DNA of 63,916 nucleotides, counting the filler, from Choristocarpus tenellus KU-1152 (lineage: Eukaryota > Protista > Phaeophyceae): the NCBI GenBank assembly GCA_964200185.2. It is 10 parts of 10 records of this genome, joined end to end, with 100 filler letters (N's around TTAATTAATTAA, not from the genome) between each part and the next. Parts side by side here need not be neighbours in the genome. Positions count along the whole stretch, not along the records: positions 1 to 4,639 come from CAXNAD020013678.1; positions 4,740 to 11,704 come from CAXNAD020006950.1; positions 11,805 to 23,408 come from CAXNAD020002227.1; 7 more parts are not named here. One strand, written 5' to 3'. The position numbers and the translations under genes are program-made. This document shows positions 1-12,017 of this stretch, in pieces (position 1 is the stretch's first letter; every line of letters begins with the position of its first letter). The notes beneath the pieces were generated by a model. That model did no database searches. It was given only the letters and a program-made list of their open reading frames with translations, and was not told the DNA's origin.

Positions 1-603
1 AAAGGTGGGAAAGGATTTTTCGTATTCACTCAGAGATTTAAGCAGAAGGTAAAGAAGCGAAGAAAAAGGAGGGGGGGGGGGGGATGTACAAAACTGGAGG
101 AATAGAGAACTGAACAATTGTAAAAATAAACAAATCATTTAAGAAACCAACCATACCTATCTACCTACCAACCTACATATCTTACTCTGTCAACCAAAGT
201 AACAACAAACCATACTCAAAAGTCCATCCTCTCCACAACACAACTCCCGGACAACAAAGCCAACACACAGCACTACTGAACAATCCCAAAAGCGTTGAAA
301 GAGAAGATGGGACCTTCTTATCACACTGTACTTAGTTTCAAAGCAATGCTGAGTTACTTGGTCAAACGATCCAATCAATCGCCTCTCTTGCTGTCAAAAG
401 CACCGTTCATGCTTCCCCTTCATCACCCCTTGGATGCGGACGAGACACTCTACCAACTCTCTACAAAAACCCCTGTTGTCTGCCTGGTTGGGTAGGTTGT
501 AGTCCTCTCTCCACGCATACTTATCAGACATTTCAGTGCCAAGAGCTTCCATTATTTTTACCAAGGCAAAAACCCCTCAACAGGTTGAAAAACAAAATCT
601 CTA

Positions 604-766
604 TTCAACCCAAAGTAAATAAATTCCTCTATCAAGGTTTTTGACCGTTTTGGCATTTTAAGTCTGTGCTTCAATCTCTTACAATTCACCAATATTTCTT
701 TTTTTGTGGGTGAAGTTCATTTTAAGTTTTGACTTGAGAGGGGTTATTTTTCTTTGGGGTGAAATT
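604..766. repeat. Imperfect inverted repeat (old MITE-like)
   Basis: TTCAACCCAAAGTAAATAAATTCCTCTATCAAG versus the reverse complement of CTTGAGAGGGGTTATTTTTCTTTGGGGTGAA. Confidence 0.5.
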
Positions 767-974
767 TTTTTCGACACAACTAAAAAAAAACAATTTTAAC
801 AAAAAAACACCTTTTACGCATTTGTAAAAAAAGAAAATCTTGGAACTTTCTTGTCAGCATCCTTAAAATGCAACTCTGGGTACCTCTTGCCTAGTCTGAC
901 TCACTACGAATGTTTTAATCTTACATGTGTGCAACCAAGCTAAGGTTTGTGTGCGTTTTGTTAACATGACAGTT

Positions 975-1056
975 ATATCCACTACTATAGTCTTCTTCAC
1001 ACGACAGATACATCCACTACTATAGTCTCCTTCACATGACAGATACATCTACTACT
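975..1056. repeat. 35-bp tandem repeat x~2.3
   Basis: ATCCACTACTATAGTCTTCTTCACACGACAGATAC repeated. Confidence 0.85.
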
Positions 1057-1148
1057 AACAACTTAACTTCTGACACAGGCTGTGTAACTAAAAACAGTCT
1101 TGTACCCATACCAACAATGCACGATATGTCCTCAACATATCCTCCTAC

Positions 1149-4100
1149 CTTTCTGCTAGGCTGTACAGGTACTTCTTAGTGTGAGCAAACCTTCCACTCT
1201 TGAGGAGCTTCCAACCCTTGCATTCCTGCCACACACAACACACACAACACACACAGCATTCTTTGATTAGTATGGCAAGTATGGCAAGATGCTAAGTTAA
1301 CTCTGTTACAGAGACCACTCTTGAGTTCACAATCTGACCTTGAACGAGTCCATTTAAAAAAAAAAAGAAATAAAAAAGAAAGAAATGCAGACTAAACAGT
1401 TAGAGACAAAAACATAGCCTGAGGCCCTTTCAGAGTTACGGTATCAATGCGAAGAAAACCATGGGTATCATTACAAATATTTGCAGTATGACAAGGATTA
1501 AATACCGGAACACTGAGCTCTGATTGGCTTGGTTGGAAAAAAAGAAACAAGGCGCTTAGTCATTTAGTTGATAGTCCACAGTATGAAAAAGTTCTATTCA
1601 AACCAAGGGGGGTGGGAGTTCTCCTACCTTGCCGCCTGCTTTGCACTCCTCTTCAGTTACCAGCTCACAGGTGAAGCCAAGGATACCTCCCTCCTCCAGG
1701 TAGTTCCAGGCTGTCTGGAAAACAAGCTCTAGGTTACCAATATACCTGTCCAACATGTTCCCATCAAAAGAAAAGCAAAAGAGGGCAATATCACTTTCTA
1801 ACAATATATATATATATACCAAGAAAGCGTCTTAAAAGTACAGTCACGCCTTCACAACACATCCTCTACATATATTTATTTTTGGCGCGACAACAAGCAC
1901 CAAGTGCGACCAAATAGGGACACAAGAGTGTTACGATGGCATCTAACCCTAACCCTAAACCAAGTCAATGATTGGGGTTTCTACACCACTACCAATAACA
2001 AAGAATAGACATACATCACAAGTGTAAAAAAAAAGACCTCTACTCAGTGAGGGGAGCAGACTCCCTTGCGCCTGTCCTTCAGGTTCACATCACCGAACAA
2101 TTCAACCAAACCACCTGAATCCCCAGTCACACAAAAAAAAGAATATAATTACATATATATACATACATATAAAATATACGTATGTAATTATAATTCCACC
2201 GGAGGCAGAATAATTACAGTTACTATCTACATGAAGAGGTCACAAGTTCTCACTCACACAAACACATCAGCAGCCACGACAAGATCACCATGGTATCCCG
2301 CACTAGCACGCTGTGGGGCAGGGGCAGCAAAGGAAGGAGAAAAGGGGAGGGGGGGGGGGCAAAGGATGTGAGAACTGCACTGAATTCACGTTTTTTCCAT
2401 CAAAACATCAAACAAAAAATATAAGGGACATGGCCGGGGAAGATATTTTCTGTCTCTGGTACTGGTGCCTCACCATGTTTGGAGTACCTACCTACCTCAT
2501 GTACAAACCTCATGTACAAACTTAAGACACACAGAGCAACTGAAGGGCGCCTACCTAGAATACTGCGAATGTAATTACTCTAGCCCAAAACCATTTATCG
2601 ATTACCCCTTGACTGTAGCATGGCACAACCACCTCCAGCGCCCAGAAGACATGGCAGCTGATATGTATATATAACAAAAGATTTAATTAAGATGACCTCT
2701 AGTGAAAGAAACAATGGGGGTCACTTGTTGATAATACTTGTTGATAATACTTGTTAATACTCGCCATCGCTGGTGTCTGAAGGGGCACCTCTCTTAACTA
2801 TCAACTCGACTTGTCGATACTTGTTGATGCCCATCTCCCCCGACTCAAAAGCATTCAAGAAAAAGTCTCCCCGACTATACAATCCACCTCATTTTTCAAA
2901 TTCCTGCGAAGGGGCTGTGCCAAAAAAAAAGAGAAGAAATAAATAAAAAAGATCACAGTACAAGTCATGGAAGCACCAAGGTGGACCGATCTGCAAGTGT
3001 CAAAGTGTCATTATACAGTAGGCCTCTTTAAGATAAAAAAAGAGACTCTTGGCAGTAGCCATGCATGGACCATAGAACCCACTGCCACCATATCACCTCC
3101 ATCAATGAAGACACTTTCACCCATAACCCTAGGCTAACCCGATAGCCTACTCCAAACCGAACCATACATCACGAGCACTCTACACAGGTAACAATAGTGC
3201 TGGGCAGGTGAATCTTAACTTGAAGAACACTCTTCTTACACCATATCCCATGCCCCATTTTGCAGAGGATCTCATGCCGTTGACACCTTCGAAATAGTTA
3301 CCGCTCACCCCCCCACAAAAATCCATTTATCACACCCCAAATCAAAGCATTTAAGAGAGTAAAGGACGCACCCATTTGGAGTCGTTCATAAATCCGACGT
3401 TGCGATTTCGATGCCATTTTGGCTATGTAGTGTTTGTTAGGAAGTGTCAATATCCTTGATTCAAACACACCTTTTTCACAGTCCTAAACATTGTAGGGTT
3501 AGGGTTAGCATTCACACACAACCCCCCCCCCCAAAAAAAGGGCATACAAAACACGTGGGAACCCAAGCCCCAAAAGGACAAACAGGGAAGAACGCCTACC
3601 TACTCTCGTAAATGCTTTGGGTACACCTCGCACAAAAAAGTCCGACATTCAAAAATAAAAAATAAAAAAAGAGTAACCAATAGGGTTTCAGAAGGGAACA
3701 TCTTGAAACCCTAAACCCTAACCAATATAGGCATGAGGAGTGCGTGCAAAGGAAACCTCAGGAAGTCTCAGGCAGGGCAAGAAGCAGCCGCGCACTGAAG
3801 AGTCATAGTCATGAGTGACCCCCAAAAAACAGGCAAATAAATATATATATATATATATATATATAATCAGAAGGAGCTGTGACAGGCAAAGACAGTACTA
3901 GCACACACTACGATGGACTGCCCCACATAACTCACTGAATTTTCATCTCTAACTCTCCACTGAATTGCACCTGGAAGTAGGTGAGCAAAGAGTTGGAGAT
4001 GAAACCAACCTGACAGGTCAACACGCCTAACGTTGTTTGTTTTGTTAACTAACGGTAACTGTTACAAATCTACTTTGTCCTATATGCATGAAAATACCGA

Positions 4101-4262
4101 AGTAGAATTCAGAAACCTACCACGTACAACCTGTGGGTTAGGGTTAGGGTTAGGGTTAGGGTTAGCATGCACGCCTCTCCGTGTCAAGAGCATGAGTAAT
4201 ACATACCTGCTGCATCGCGTCACTGATGTCTCCTACAGCCAAATCATCATACACCCCTTCTC
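1149..4262 (-). CDS. SAM-dependent methyltransferase, COG4976-like (partial, at least 4 exons)
   Basis: Phase-compatible GT-AG exons ~4262-4207 (acceptor uncertain), 2310-2258, 1745-1628 and 1225-1149 splice to GVYDDLAVGDISDAMQQ|RASAGYHGDLVVAADVFV|YIGNLELVFQTAWNYLEEGGILGFTCE...|ECKGWKLLKSGRFAHTKKYLYSLAER. This matches the DLxVAADVxxYxGxL...L.xGG.xxFxxE...SGRxAHxxxY pattern of COG4976-type methyltransferases. The 5' and 3' exons were not located. Confidence 0.8.
3339..3623 (+). mobile_element. MITE family B, diverged intronic copy
   Basis: CAAAGCATTTAAGAGAGTA...GGAAGTGTCAATATCCTTG...AAGCCCCAAAAGGACAAACAGGG...TACTCTCGTAAATGCTTTGG. Confidence 0.75.
4135..4165 (+). repeat. Interstitial telomeric repeat, about 5 x TTAGGG
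   Basis: GGGTTAGGGTTAGGGTTAGGGTTAGGGTTAG in a methyltransferase intron. Shorter arrays also occur near 1945, 3495, 45497 and 48198. Confidence 0.9.
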
Positions 4263-4619
4263 GCGGCCGGCCATATGGTGAGAGGAGGTGAGAGGAGATG
4301 ACGAGGATAAGGGGGGGAAATGAACATTAGTTGTTTTTTTTTAAACGCAGTAGGGCTTGATTCGGATCATACCGGTGAATCTAAACAATGCATCCCAACT
4401 ACAAAATAAAAAAATACTACTGTGAGGGTTAATTAGCCCTTGGTGAAACGAATATATACTGTTCAGGACCAAACCCACTACAGATGCTCTGACTATAGAT
4501 CAACCAATTGACATTTGCTCACTTACATCTTTTTTTTATCAACCAATTACACGCTCACACAAGCAACACCAACATATCACAGAATCACAAGCCGCAAACA
4601 CCCCGATAGGACAACAGAT

Positions 4620-4639
4620 GGGTCAAAGTATCTGGGGGG
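4620..4639. mobile_element. MITE family A terminus at contig end
   Basis: GGGTCAAAGTATCTGGGGGG immediately before the linker. Confidence 0.7.
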
Positions 4640-4739
4640 NNNNNNNNNNNNNNNNNNNNNNNNNNNNNNNNNNNNNNNNNNNNTTAATTAATTAANNNNN
4701 NNNNNNNNNNNNNNNNNNNNNNNNNNNNNNNNNNNNNNN
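4640..4739. other. Artificial contig linker N44-TTAATTAATTAA-N44
   Basis: Identical 100-bp linkers also at 11705-11804, 23409-23508, 31405-31504, 38656-38755, 45787-45886, 52075-52174, 56664-56763 and 60594-60693. The 12-mer gives stops in all six frames. Confidence 0.98.
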
Positions 4740-7700
4740 GGGTTCTGTACCTGGTAGCTATCCTACTTCTCAGCCCTAACCTTAGCATTAACACTAAAAC
4801 TTACTGAAACTACTGGAGTTTCAGAAATCAGATCGACTATGATTGTGTTCTCATGAAGAAAATGTTGGATAGCAGGATCAATACATACATCACAGCAATT
4901 TTTGTGTTCTTATCAATGCATAGTGTCCTTTGCTCTAGCCTCAATAGATGAGTCTGCACGACACTTGCTTTACTAAAAAGGTTTGACAGAAATAATTCAG
5001 TACTCAGAGATTCTTCTCTAACGTTCATAGGTCACACTAGATACTCTCTTGATGTGATAAGCAAAACAGGTCACAAAAAATGAGCAGCGGGTCCAAGGAA
5101 GATATTCTGCTCCCTTGACGGTCTTCAACTAAGATTTTTGGACCAGTTTCACTTTCCCCTTGCAACTCGAACAGGACCTTGCTATCATAAGGACAGATGT
5201 CTCAACTCCCTTGTTCTAGAACCTGTACCTCTATCGCGACCAACTCTCACCCGCTGGGAGCCACTCTCCATTTTGGGATGCCCAACCTCGCCTTTTGATC
5301 CGCGAGCATGCTTACTGTCGAGGATTGAAAAATAAAAGCAGCAGCAGGTAAACAAAGTTGACTTGTGATTAGACTAGCCTCATCAAGATTTTTTTATTAT
5401 ATTAGATGCCTCCTCCTACTGAACATTTTTCTGGTTCCAGGATTCCACAAATAAGCACATCGATAATACTATGTATCCTGACTAAATATATCCTCAGCTG
5501 AGCCATGATGATTTCTTTCTCCTGTGGAATCTTTGATGCTCCAAATCCCTCCTTTAAAGATATATTCCTTGATCTTGTGAGAACGTAGACAATCACACCT
5601 TGAGGATGGCCTGGATGGTTGTTTCACTGTGCAGTCATCAAACTCACACAGCCTAAGGCCCATTACATGCCTGTCCTTGAACACAGATAGCCAGCGAGCC
5701 TTGTTTTCTTTGAAGCCACTGAGGACGATCAATGCCTTGTCTGCCAAGATATTCATGTGAGAAGATTAAGCGATAAGAGTCTGCATTTATTGCACCTTAC
5801 TAGGGTTGTCCAAAACGCGGTCTGTTGCACAGCTCACTACTTTCAGAGTGCTCTAGCTAAAAACGTTGTGAGCAACTTGAGTGATTTTCCGCACTTGATG
5901 CGTTCAGCACCCCAACGAACAAAAGTGCACAGATGCCAGCGCAATGTATGCTTGGCTTCAAAGCATTTTGCCCTCCTCTCGCACATTACTAAGAGAAAGA
6001 GTAACCAAGAGTGGGGTGTTTTGGGTGTCTTGAGTATTTAGAGTTTTTCAACTTGGTTCCAGATGAACACAATTAAGAAGAGGGCATCGACAAGGATAAC
6101 CTGCTTCTTACTTCTGTAAATTGGTTGTACTCACAAAAAGAGACAAAATGCACCCCACAGATGTGATGTGCATTGTGTTCTCGAAAAACCTGTGCCCCAC
6201 CAGAGAGTCAGAGGGGCCTTTACAACTCGGCGCCATCCCCCTATCAGTAGTTTGACTCTACGATCATTCCAAGTAGGTGTGTGAAAATTGTGAAATGAGT
6301 CATTTGAGAGCTAAAGATCTTGACATGATCTCAGCAAAGTGCTCCGGAGAAGTACAGAGAGTGATCAGTTTTTAATTTGTTTGCAAGTGCCTTTACACTT
6401 CATATGTGTGATGTTGGATGACTCTAGGTCAACAACAACCTGCTATAATGGGCTACAAAACGCCTCATGTATTATTATTGTGAAAGAAACGCCATACAGC
6501 ATCCAACAGGAAATTAGTAGGTGAAGGTGAGCTACAGAGTGATCTAGCCATGCCACAGAGTGCTCTATATGCGTTCCAGTGTAACACATGGAGCGCATGG
6601 GAGATTGAAGTGCAAGCAGGTTTGCATTGAAGTTGATATAATTTCTCTCATCAAGTTATTAAAGAAACTCCACTGCTTTGTCATAAACATGAGCTGAAGG
6701 AATTCCTTTCTGGTCGACGTTGTTGAGTTGCATCTGTCATTGCAGTGATGTGTGCGATACCTTAAAATACGCATGTCATCATTTCATAGGTAAGAATCAA
6801 GGTATCCTAGAGGGGGTAAATTTGGCCATACTGTTGTTAAGAGGCTTAAAGACTAGGCAATTAACATCAGGAGGTCATGTGAAGTAAAAGAAAAGACCCT
6901 GTGGGTGGATGTTTTGTCACAGGAGTAGAGGATGTAGGGATGTACAGATGCGGATTGGAAAGCAGTTACAAAGAGTCCTGGATATCAATTACACCCCCCT
7001 GTGGGATACATGACTTAGAAGAAATACCGCCGACATTATGTTATGGTATACATGATATTTCCCTCTCAGCAGATTAACTGCCAATGACTTCACTCCATAG
7101 TATATCTGCTGCTGAGGTGCTTGCTTATACATCATGTGCTTTAGCATAATGATCCCCAGCATATGTGTTCCTTTTCTAGCGGTAGCTGCTGCCACACTAC
7201 TGTGGTGCAAAGTTAGTATGTACCTGAGGGGTAGATATGAACAGAAGTGCAATGTGCCCTCCCTATCTCTTTCTTAGAGATGTCCATGATAGCGCCTAGA
7301 GCATAGAGTGTCCTTGGCGTGTAGCTGAGGTCCTTTGGGGGGGCTATGTCAGCCCAGTCCTTGAAGGCCGGTCGGTGTTTGAATCTTCAAGGAGGCAACA
7401 ATGAGGATCAGGGGAAGATGATCAAGAGATCAGTTGGAGAAAGGTAAGTAAGAAGAAGAGGGCATACCGATCGTTTGCTGAAGCAAATGATACTTCAAAG
7501 TACAAAGTACGACTTGCTCATTCTGCTCTCACCCTGTGACATTATTTTGTTTTAAACATCTTACGTATGTTGTAAGGACTACATTGCACAAGTGTTACTG
7601 TATATTAAAAATGGGTATGCAACACTGGTGAGGCTCAGCATTACAAACAATACTCTCAGCACCCAACAATAAAAATCACATGAATCTAGAGGATCCAACA

Positions 7701-8649
7701 AGGTAATGCTATGCAGTGTTGTTTCTTGTTGCACCTCTGCAGGTTGTAATCACTACTTACACACAACGACATATGACTGTGACGGATTTTTGTCAATGTC
7801 ATGGCAAGTGAAAATCGAATCGTCTAATGACACCTAATAATTAGCCTTCAGATCGACATGTTCTTATGTCCAATGCCAACAATCAATGTCCAAGAAGGAC
7901 TTGTGGGACATAGTCGCCGTAGGATCTAACCTGACCGCAATCCTCTCCACTTGGTCTTTCAACCCTGTCCTCACTCCCACCAACCAGTAACCTTTCCCTC
8001 TTCTTCTCCCCCCTCCCTGGCCACAATCGTGCTAGAAATATCAATAGCACAGAGTAATAAATGATATCCTAAACTGAATCAAATCAACATACACAAGGTG
8101 ACTGTTAGTCCACTCAATACATCCCCAAAGTTTCCTGAACAGTAGACATTGGTAAGTTGTACTCACGGCAGCGACCCTGAAGTTTCTGGGTTCCATGTAG
8201 AAAGACGTGCCCTCCCAATAGGAGTTGGGTGAACTAGTGCTATCAGCAGCTCATCGGTGGGCCTGCATGGTCGATTTGGAGGTTCATGTGATGAAATCGA
8301 GAAATAAGATTGGTATGCACAGTTGTATTCGCAGGTATGTTGCCTTCAGTTCCAATACTCGAACATTATGTAGACAGCACGAGTTGTTCCTAGTCCTTCT
8401 GAGTATATTTCCATGTTGCTTCAACCTACAATCCTCAATGTATTTTATGTAGCTCAGTCACACATGTCCGATTGTGGCACTAGGAGTACCATGATGGTTT
8501 TTGGAGTGTCATGCAAGTATTTCGTGAATTCATTTTGGGAGCATTGTCTTTCTCTCGGGACAAAAGGCAACCGATTTTCGCACAAGTACCTTTAGATGGG
8601 CAAAAAAGATTCACCTCACAACAAGACAAATGTATTTTGAAACTAAGGA

Positions 8650-8782
8650 GGCTCAAAGTATCTGTGGGGGGGGGGGAAGGTGTACGCCAGGGTGTCCATT
8701 CGGGCCCTAACCAGGACAAGTGCATTTGCATTATCCATCCGACTCGTGTAACCTAATTCACCCAATAGTCATACTTTGAGTC
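8650..8782 (+). mobile_element. MITE family A, internally deleted copy, TSD AGGA
   Basis: Runs GGCTCAAAGTATCTG...ATACTTTGAGTC, flanked by AGGA at 8646-8649 and 8783-8786. Confidence 0.85.
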
Positions 8783-8789
8783 AGGATGT

Positions 8790-10926
8790 CAACTTCTTCA
8801 GATCTCGAGGATCTACTTCCTTGCCCACAGTTTGCGAAAAACTGAACGCACGTTGTAACCAGTTGACTCTGAACTGAATGCAGTAAAACATAGCCCTAAC
8901 TGGAATAAATTCAAGGTGTCCAACTCCTTGGCGACTGGGACCATGCACACTACCTCAGAATTATTTTTATCTGGCAACATCAACCATGGTACTTTAAACA
9001 CAAGCAGGACGAAATCGGAACAAGAGATCAGGCTTCAACTATTTACAAGTCCAGGGAGAAGTATATTGGAGCAAGGAGGTTCTCACTGGTAGTAACTCTT
9101 GAGATACACAGGATTGGTTGCGTTCTCGGCCTGGAAAATCTGGGTGACCACATGGGGTGGGAGTATATCCCAGCAGCGTCTGTCAGAAAAGGACCACTGA
9201 CGACCTTTGGAGGGGGGATAATTAGTATTGACCAGCCTCTCCAGTGCCCAAATCTGCCGTACACGGTCGACATCCTAGTGTTGAAAAGGAAGGTATATGT
9301 AATGAATACAGGGCACAACCCGGAACAGAAAAGGAGAAGGGAAAGAAGCAGGAGAACGGGCTAGCCTTAGTATAAGGTGAAATGTGGTATTTGATGTGAC
9401 AGTGATCCTAGGTCATGTCTCTGACAACCCCGTGAAAAAATATATATGCGTCTTGGAGGAGGTACTGATCGATCCACGGGTAGCAGTCAGTACAGGCCGG
9501 TTGTAAGAGACAACTCATTGTGGATCAGAACAGAACCTGTGCCGACCGGCGTGCTAATCCTTTCGTGCTTAGCCTTTCATGCAATAGCGATCTTGAGCGC
9601 ATCACAGAAGTTGGGCAATGGCCCATCCTGTCGAGATTATGGCTAACACCATGCCTCAGTACGAGTGAGGCACAACTTTGTTTCATCCCTTGCCACAGTA
9701 TGAAAGATGATGATGCGTGCCTAAAAAAAACAACTATGAGGACTCTTTGAGCTAGTCAGTACCTTAGGCCCGAGGTCAGTGAAGTACAGCAGTTCACAGC
9801 GCTTGGCACCACGGTCTTCATCGTGCTGTTGAGACTCCAGTGGTAACCCCCCATGGCCAATCTGAGAGGATGATTTGTCTGTCAAGCTCAGTATACCTTA
9901 AAAAATATCAGGAAGTCGTTTTCTCGTACTGGAAGAGTGCTGAGTATGAGTGATCAGAGAGTGGAACCATCTAAGAGTGGGATAGATTCGGACCTTTCAA
10001 TGTTCAAGGCATTGAACCCTGTGCGATATACACCATAACCATGTACGAAATGCAGATGGCTACCCATTAAGAGGGTCTGCCTGTAGAAGAGAGTATCAGC
10101 TGTGTGAGCATCTTTAGCTGAAGCTATCATCCAAAATGCTTAAAACACGTGTATCACAAGTCACTCGTGGGGACTCTTCAAACTTAATGACATCAGCCTC
10201 TTAGATAGTATCCCACATAGTACAAATAGACCCCTTCCTTTTATCTTTCACATATTTCCTCTCAGTATCTCTCACCACTCGAGGGCACTGCAACCTAGCC
10301 AGGGATGCCCTCTCAACCGCAACTAGGGCCCGAGGATCAATCCTCCCCTCCCCTGCTGCAGCCTGGTTCACTGCTCCCCTCACGAGATGCTCCCCTACCC
10401 TATCCCCATAGTCAAGAACCACATTTCGGGGCATTAGGGCAGAAATGGGCGGCGGGTAGTGCAGGAGGGGAGTGGAAGAGACTTTCTGACATTCTCTCTT
10501 TTCATAGTCATTGTCATAAATAGAGCTCGGGAGCTCCCATGCTGGTGCAAGACACTTAGGCGGGTTGAGATTGATCTGGCATGCTTCTTTTCCGGTGTAC
10601 TTGGCAATTACAGCCTCCACCTTGCAACGGGGGGCCGGGGGTAGGGAGGCAAAGGAGAAATAAATGGTCAGGCAGGCGGTGTATTCGGGGGCAATCAAGT
10701 TGTCCAAAGCCTTGGGTGTACAATAGGTTAACCTACTACCTGGAGCAAGTATTGAAGGCAAACATATAACTCGGCTTGTAGTTTCAAGCAAACTATAGCA
10801 ATGGTGCAACCGTTGCATTTCATATATGTTCCCTACCCCCTTGATCAAATTCGTGCTCAGTGCTATCATTACCATTTTGAAAGAGGATGAGATATTCCTG
10901 CAACAATCTTGGGAATAACTTACCAA
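8790..10926 (-). mobile_element. Possible highly degraded retroelement (gag-like 241-aa ORF followed by RT-like traces)
   Basis: Intronless, stop-riddled, coding-like DNA. The 241-aa ORF 10926-10201 has no recognisable domain. Downstream HPMWSP...IYFSLDL is reminiscent of RT N-terminal motifs. Weak evidence. Confidence 0.3.
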
Positions 10927-11684
10927 TGGATCTAGAATGACTTAAGACCAAGACAATGATTTCAGGCAGGGCTACATGTCATGACTTCTATTTGCTTGCT
11001 CCACCAACTCCTTTACAGTTTGTCAGCCTTGAAGCGGCACACAAATGTGAGGGCAGTTTCATACATGATACAAATAGTTTCCCCATAAATTCTAACCTTT
11101 TTATTTTTTACCTACAAATATCTCGTTTTGCATGTGTTGATGCAGGCTGGACACATTCCATTTTCTTTTTTTTCAGCCCCTACTTCGGTTATTCTTCCTC
11201 ATATGTGCCTCACTCCCCCATTCACCCGAAATGTCTAAATTCCATCCTCTCACCATGCAGTGGAGAGACAGCGCTACCGAGTTTATTTCCTCAGGCACAG
11301 CTAACATAAGGTCTGAGTATGTACTAAGGGCCATGTCAGAGCTCCAAAGGCTGCCGGTATTTTGAACAGCACTGCATCCTTCCCAAACCCTACCAACACT
11401 CCTTGAGTCAGTCTTGTATTCCAACCCTCCCAAGGCGGCTTTCTGGGCCTCTTCCAGCGCCTGTACAAGGTGGTTTGTTGATCCCCTGGATGGAAGGGCC
11501 ACTATCTCCAGTGTGCTTTACGGAAGGGAAACAGGCAAGGAAACAGGTCAAGGTAGATATTGAGGGCAAGGTGGCAAAACGTAGGACAGGGGCATTTCAA
11601 TTCTTACAGGAGTTGATGAGCACGAGTTCATAGCCCAGTCAGTCACTTGCCAATGGCAACAAAGTGTTGTTGGAAAGGGGGTCA

Positions 11685-11704
11685 GACCCAAAGTATCTGG
11701 GAGG
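11685..11704. mobile_element. MITE family A terminus at contig end
   Basis: GACCCAAAGTATCTGGGAGG immediately before the linker. Confidence 0.7.
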
Positions 11705-11847
11705 NNNNNNNNNNNNNNNNNNNNNNNNNNNNNNNNNNNNNNNNNNNNTTAATTAATTAANNNNNNNNNNNNNNNNNNNNNNNNNNNNNNNNNNNNNNNN
11801 NNNNGGGGTAGGGTGGCGAATGTTAGGGCGGGGAAGGAGTGGGGCTG

Positions 11848-12017
11848 GGGGGGGGGGGGGGGGGGGGGAACTACACCAGGGTGTCCATTTAGGTCAAAAT
11901 CAGGAAAAGTGCATTTACATTATCCATCCGATGTATGCAACCAAATCACCCAAAATCGCGACATGAAAAAATTGACTCCAAATGGACAGCCAGCACCCCC
12001 CCCAGATACTTTGAGCC
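11848..12017 (+). mobile_element. MITE family A copy, left end lost near contig start
   Basis: polyG-ACTACACCAGGGTGTCCATTT...AAATGGACAGCC...CCCAGATACTTTGAGCC. Confidence 0.85.

Noticed and set aside
4684-4695. TTAATTAATTAA palindrome recurring nine times
   Set aside because: Always centred in 44+44 Ns; an artificial six-frame-stop linker, not a biological site.
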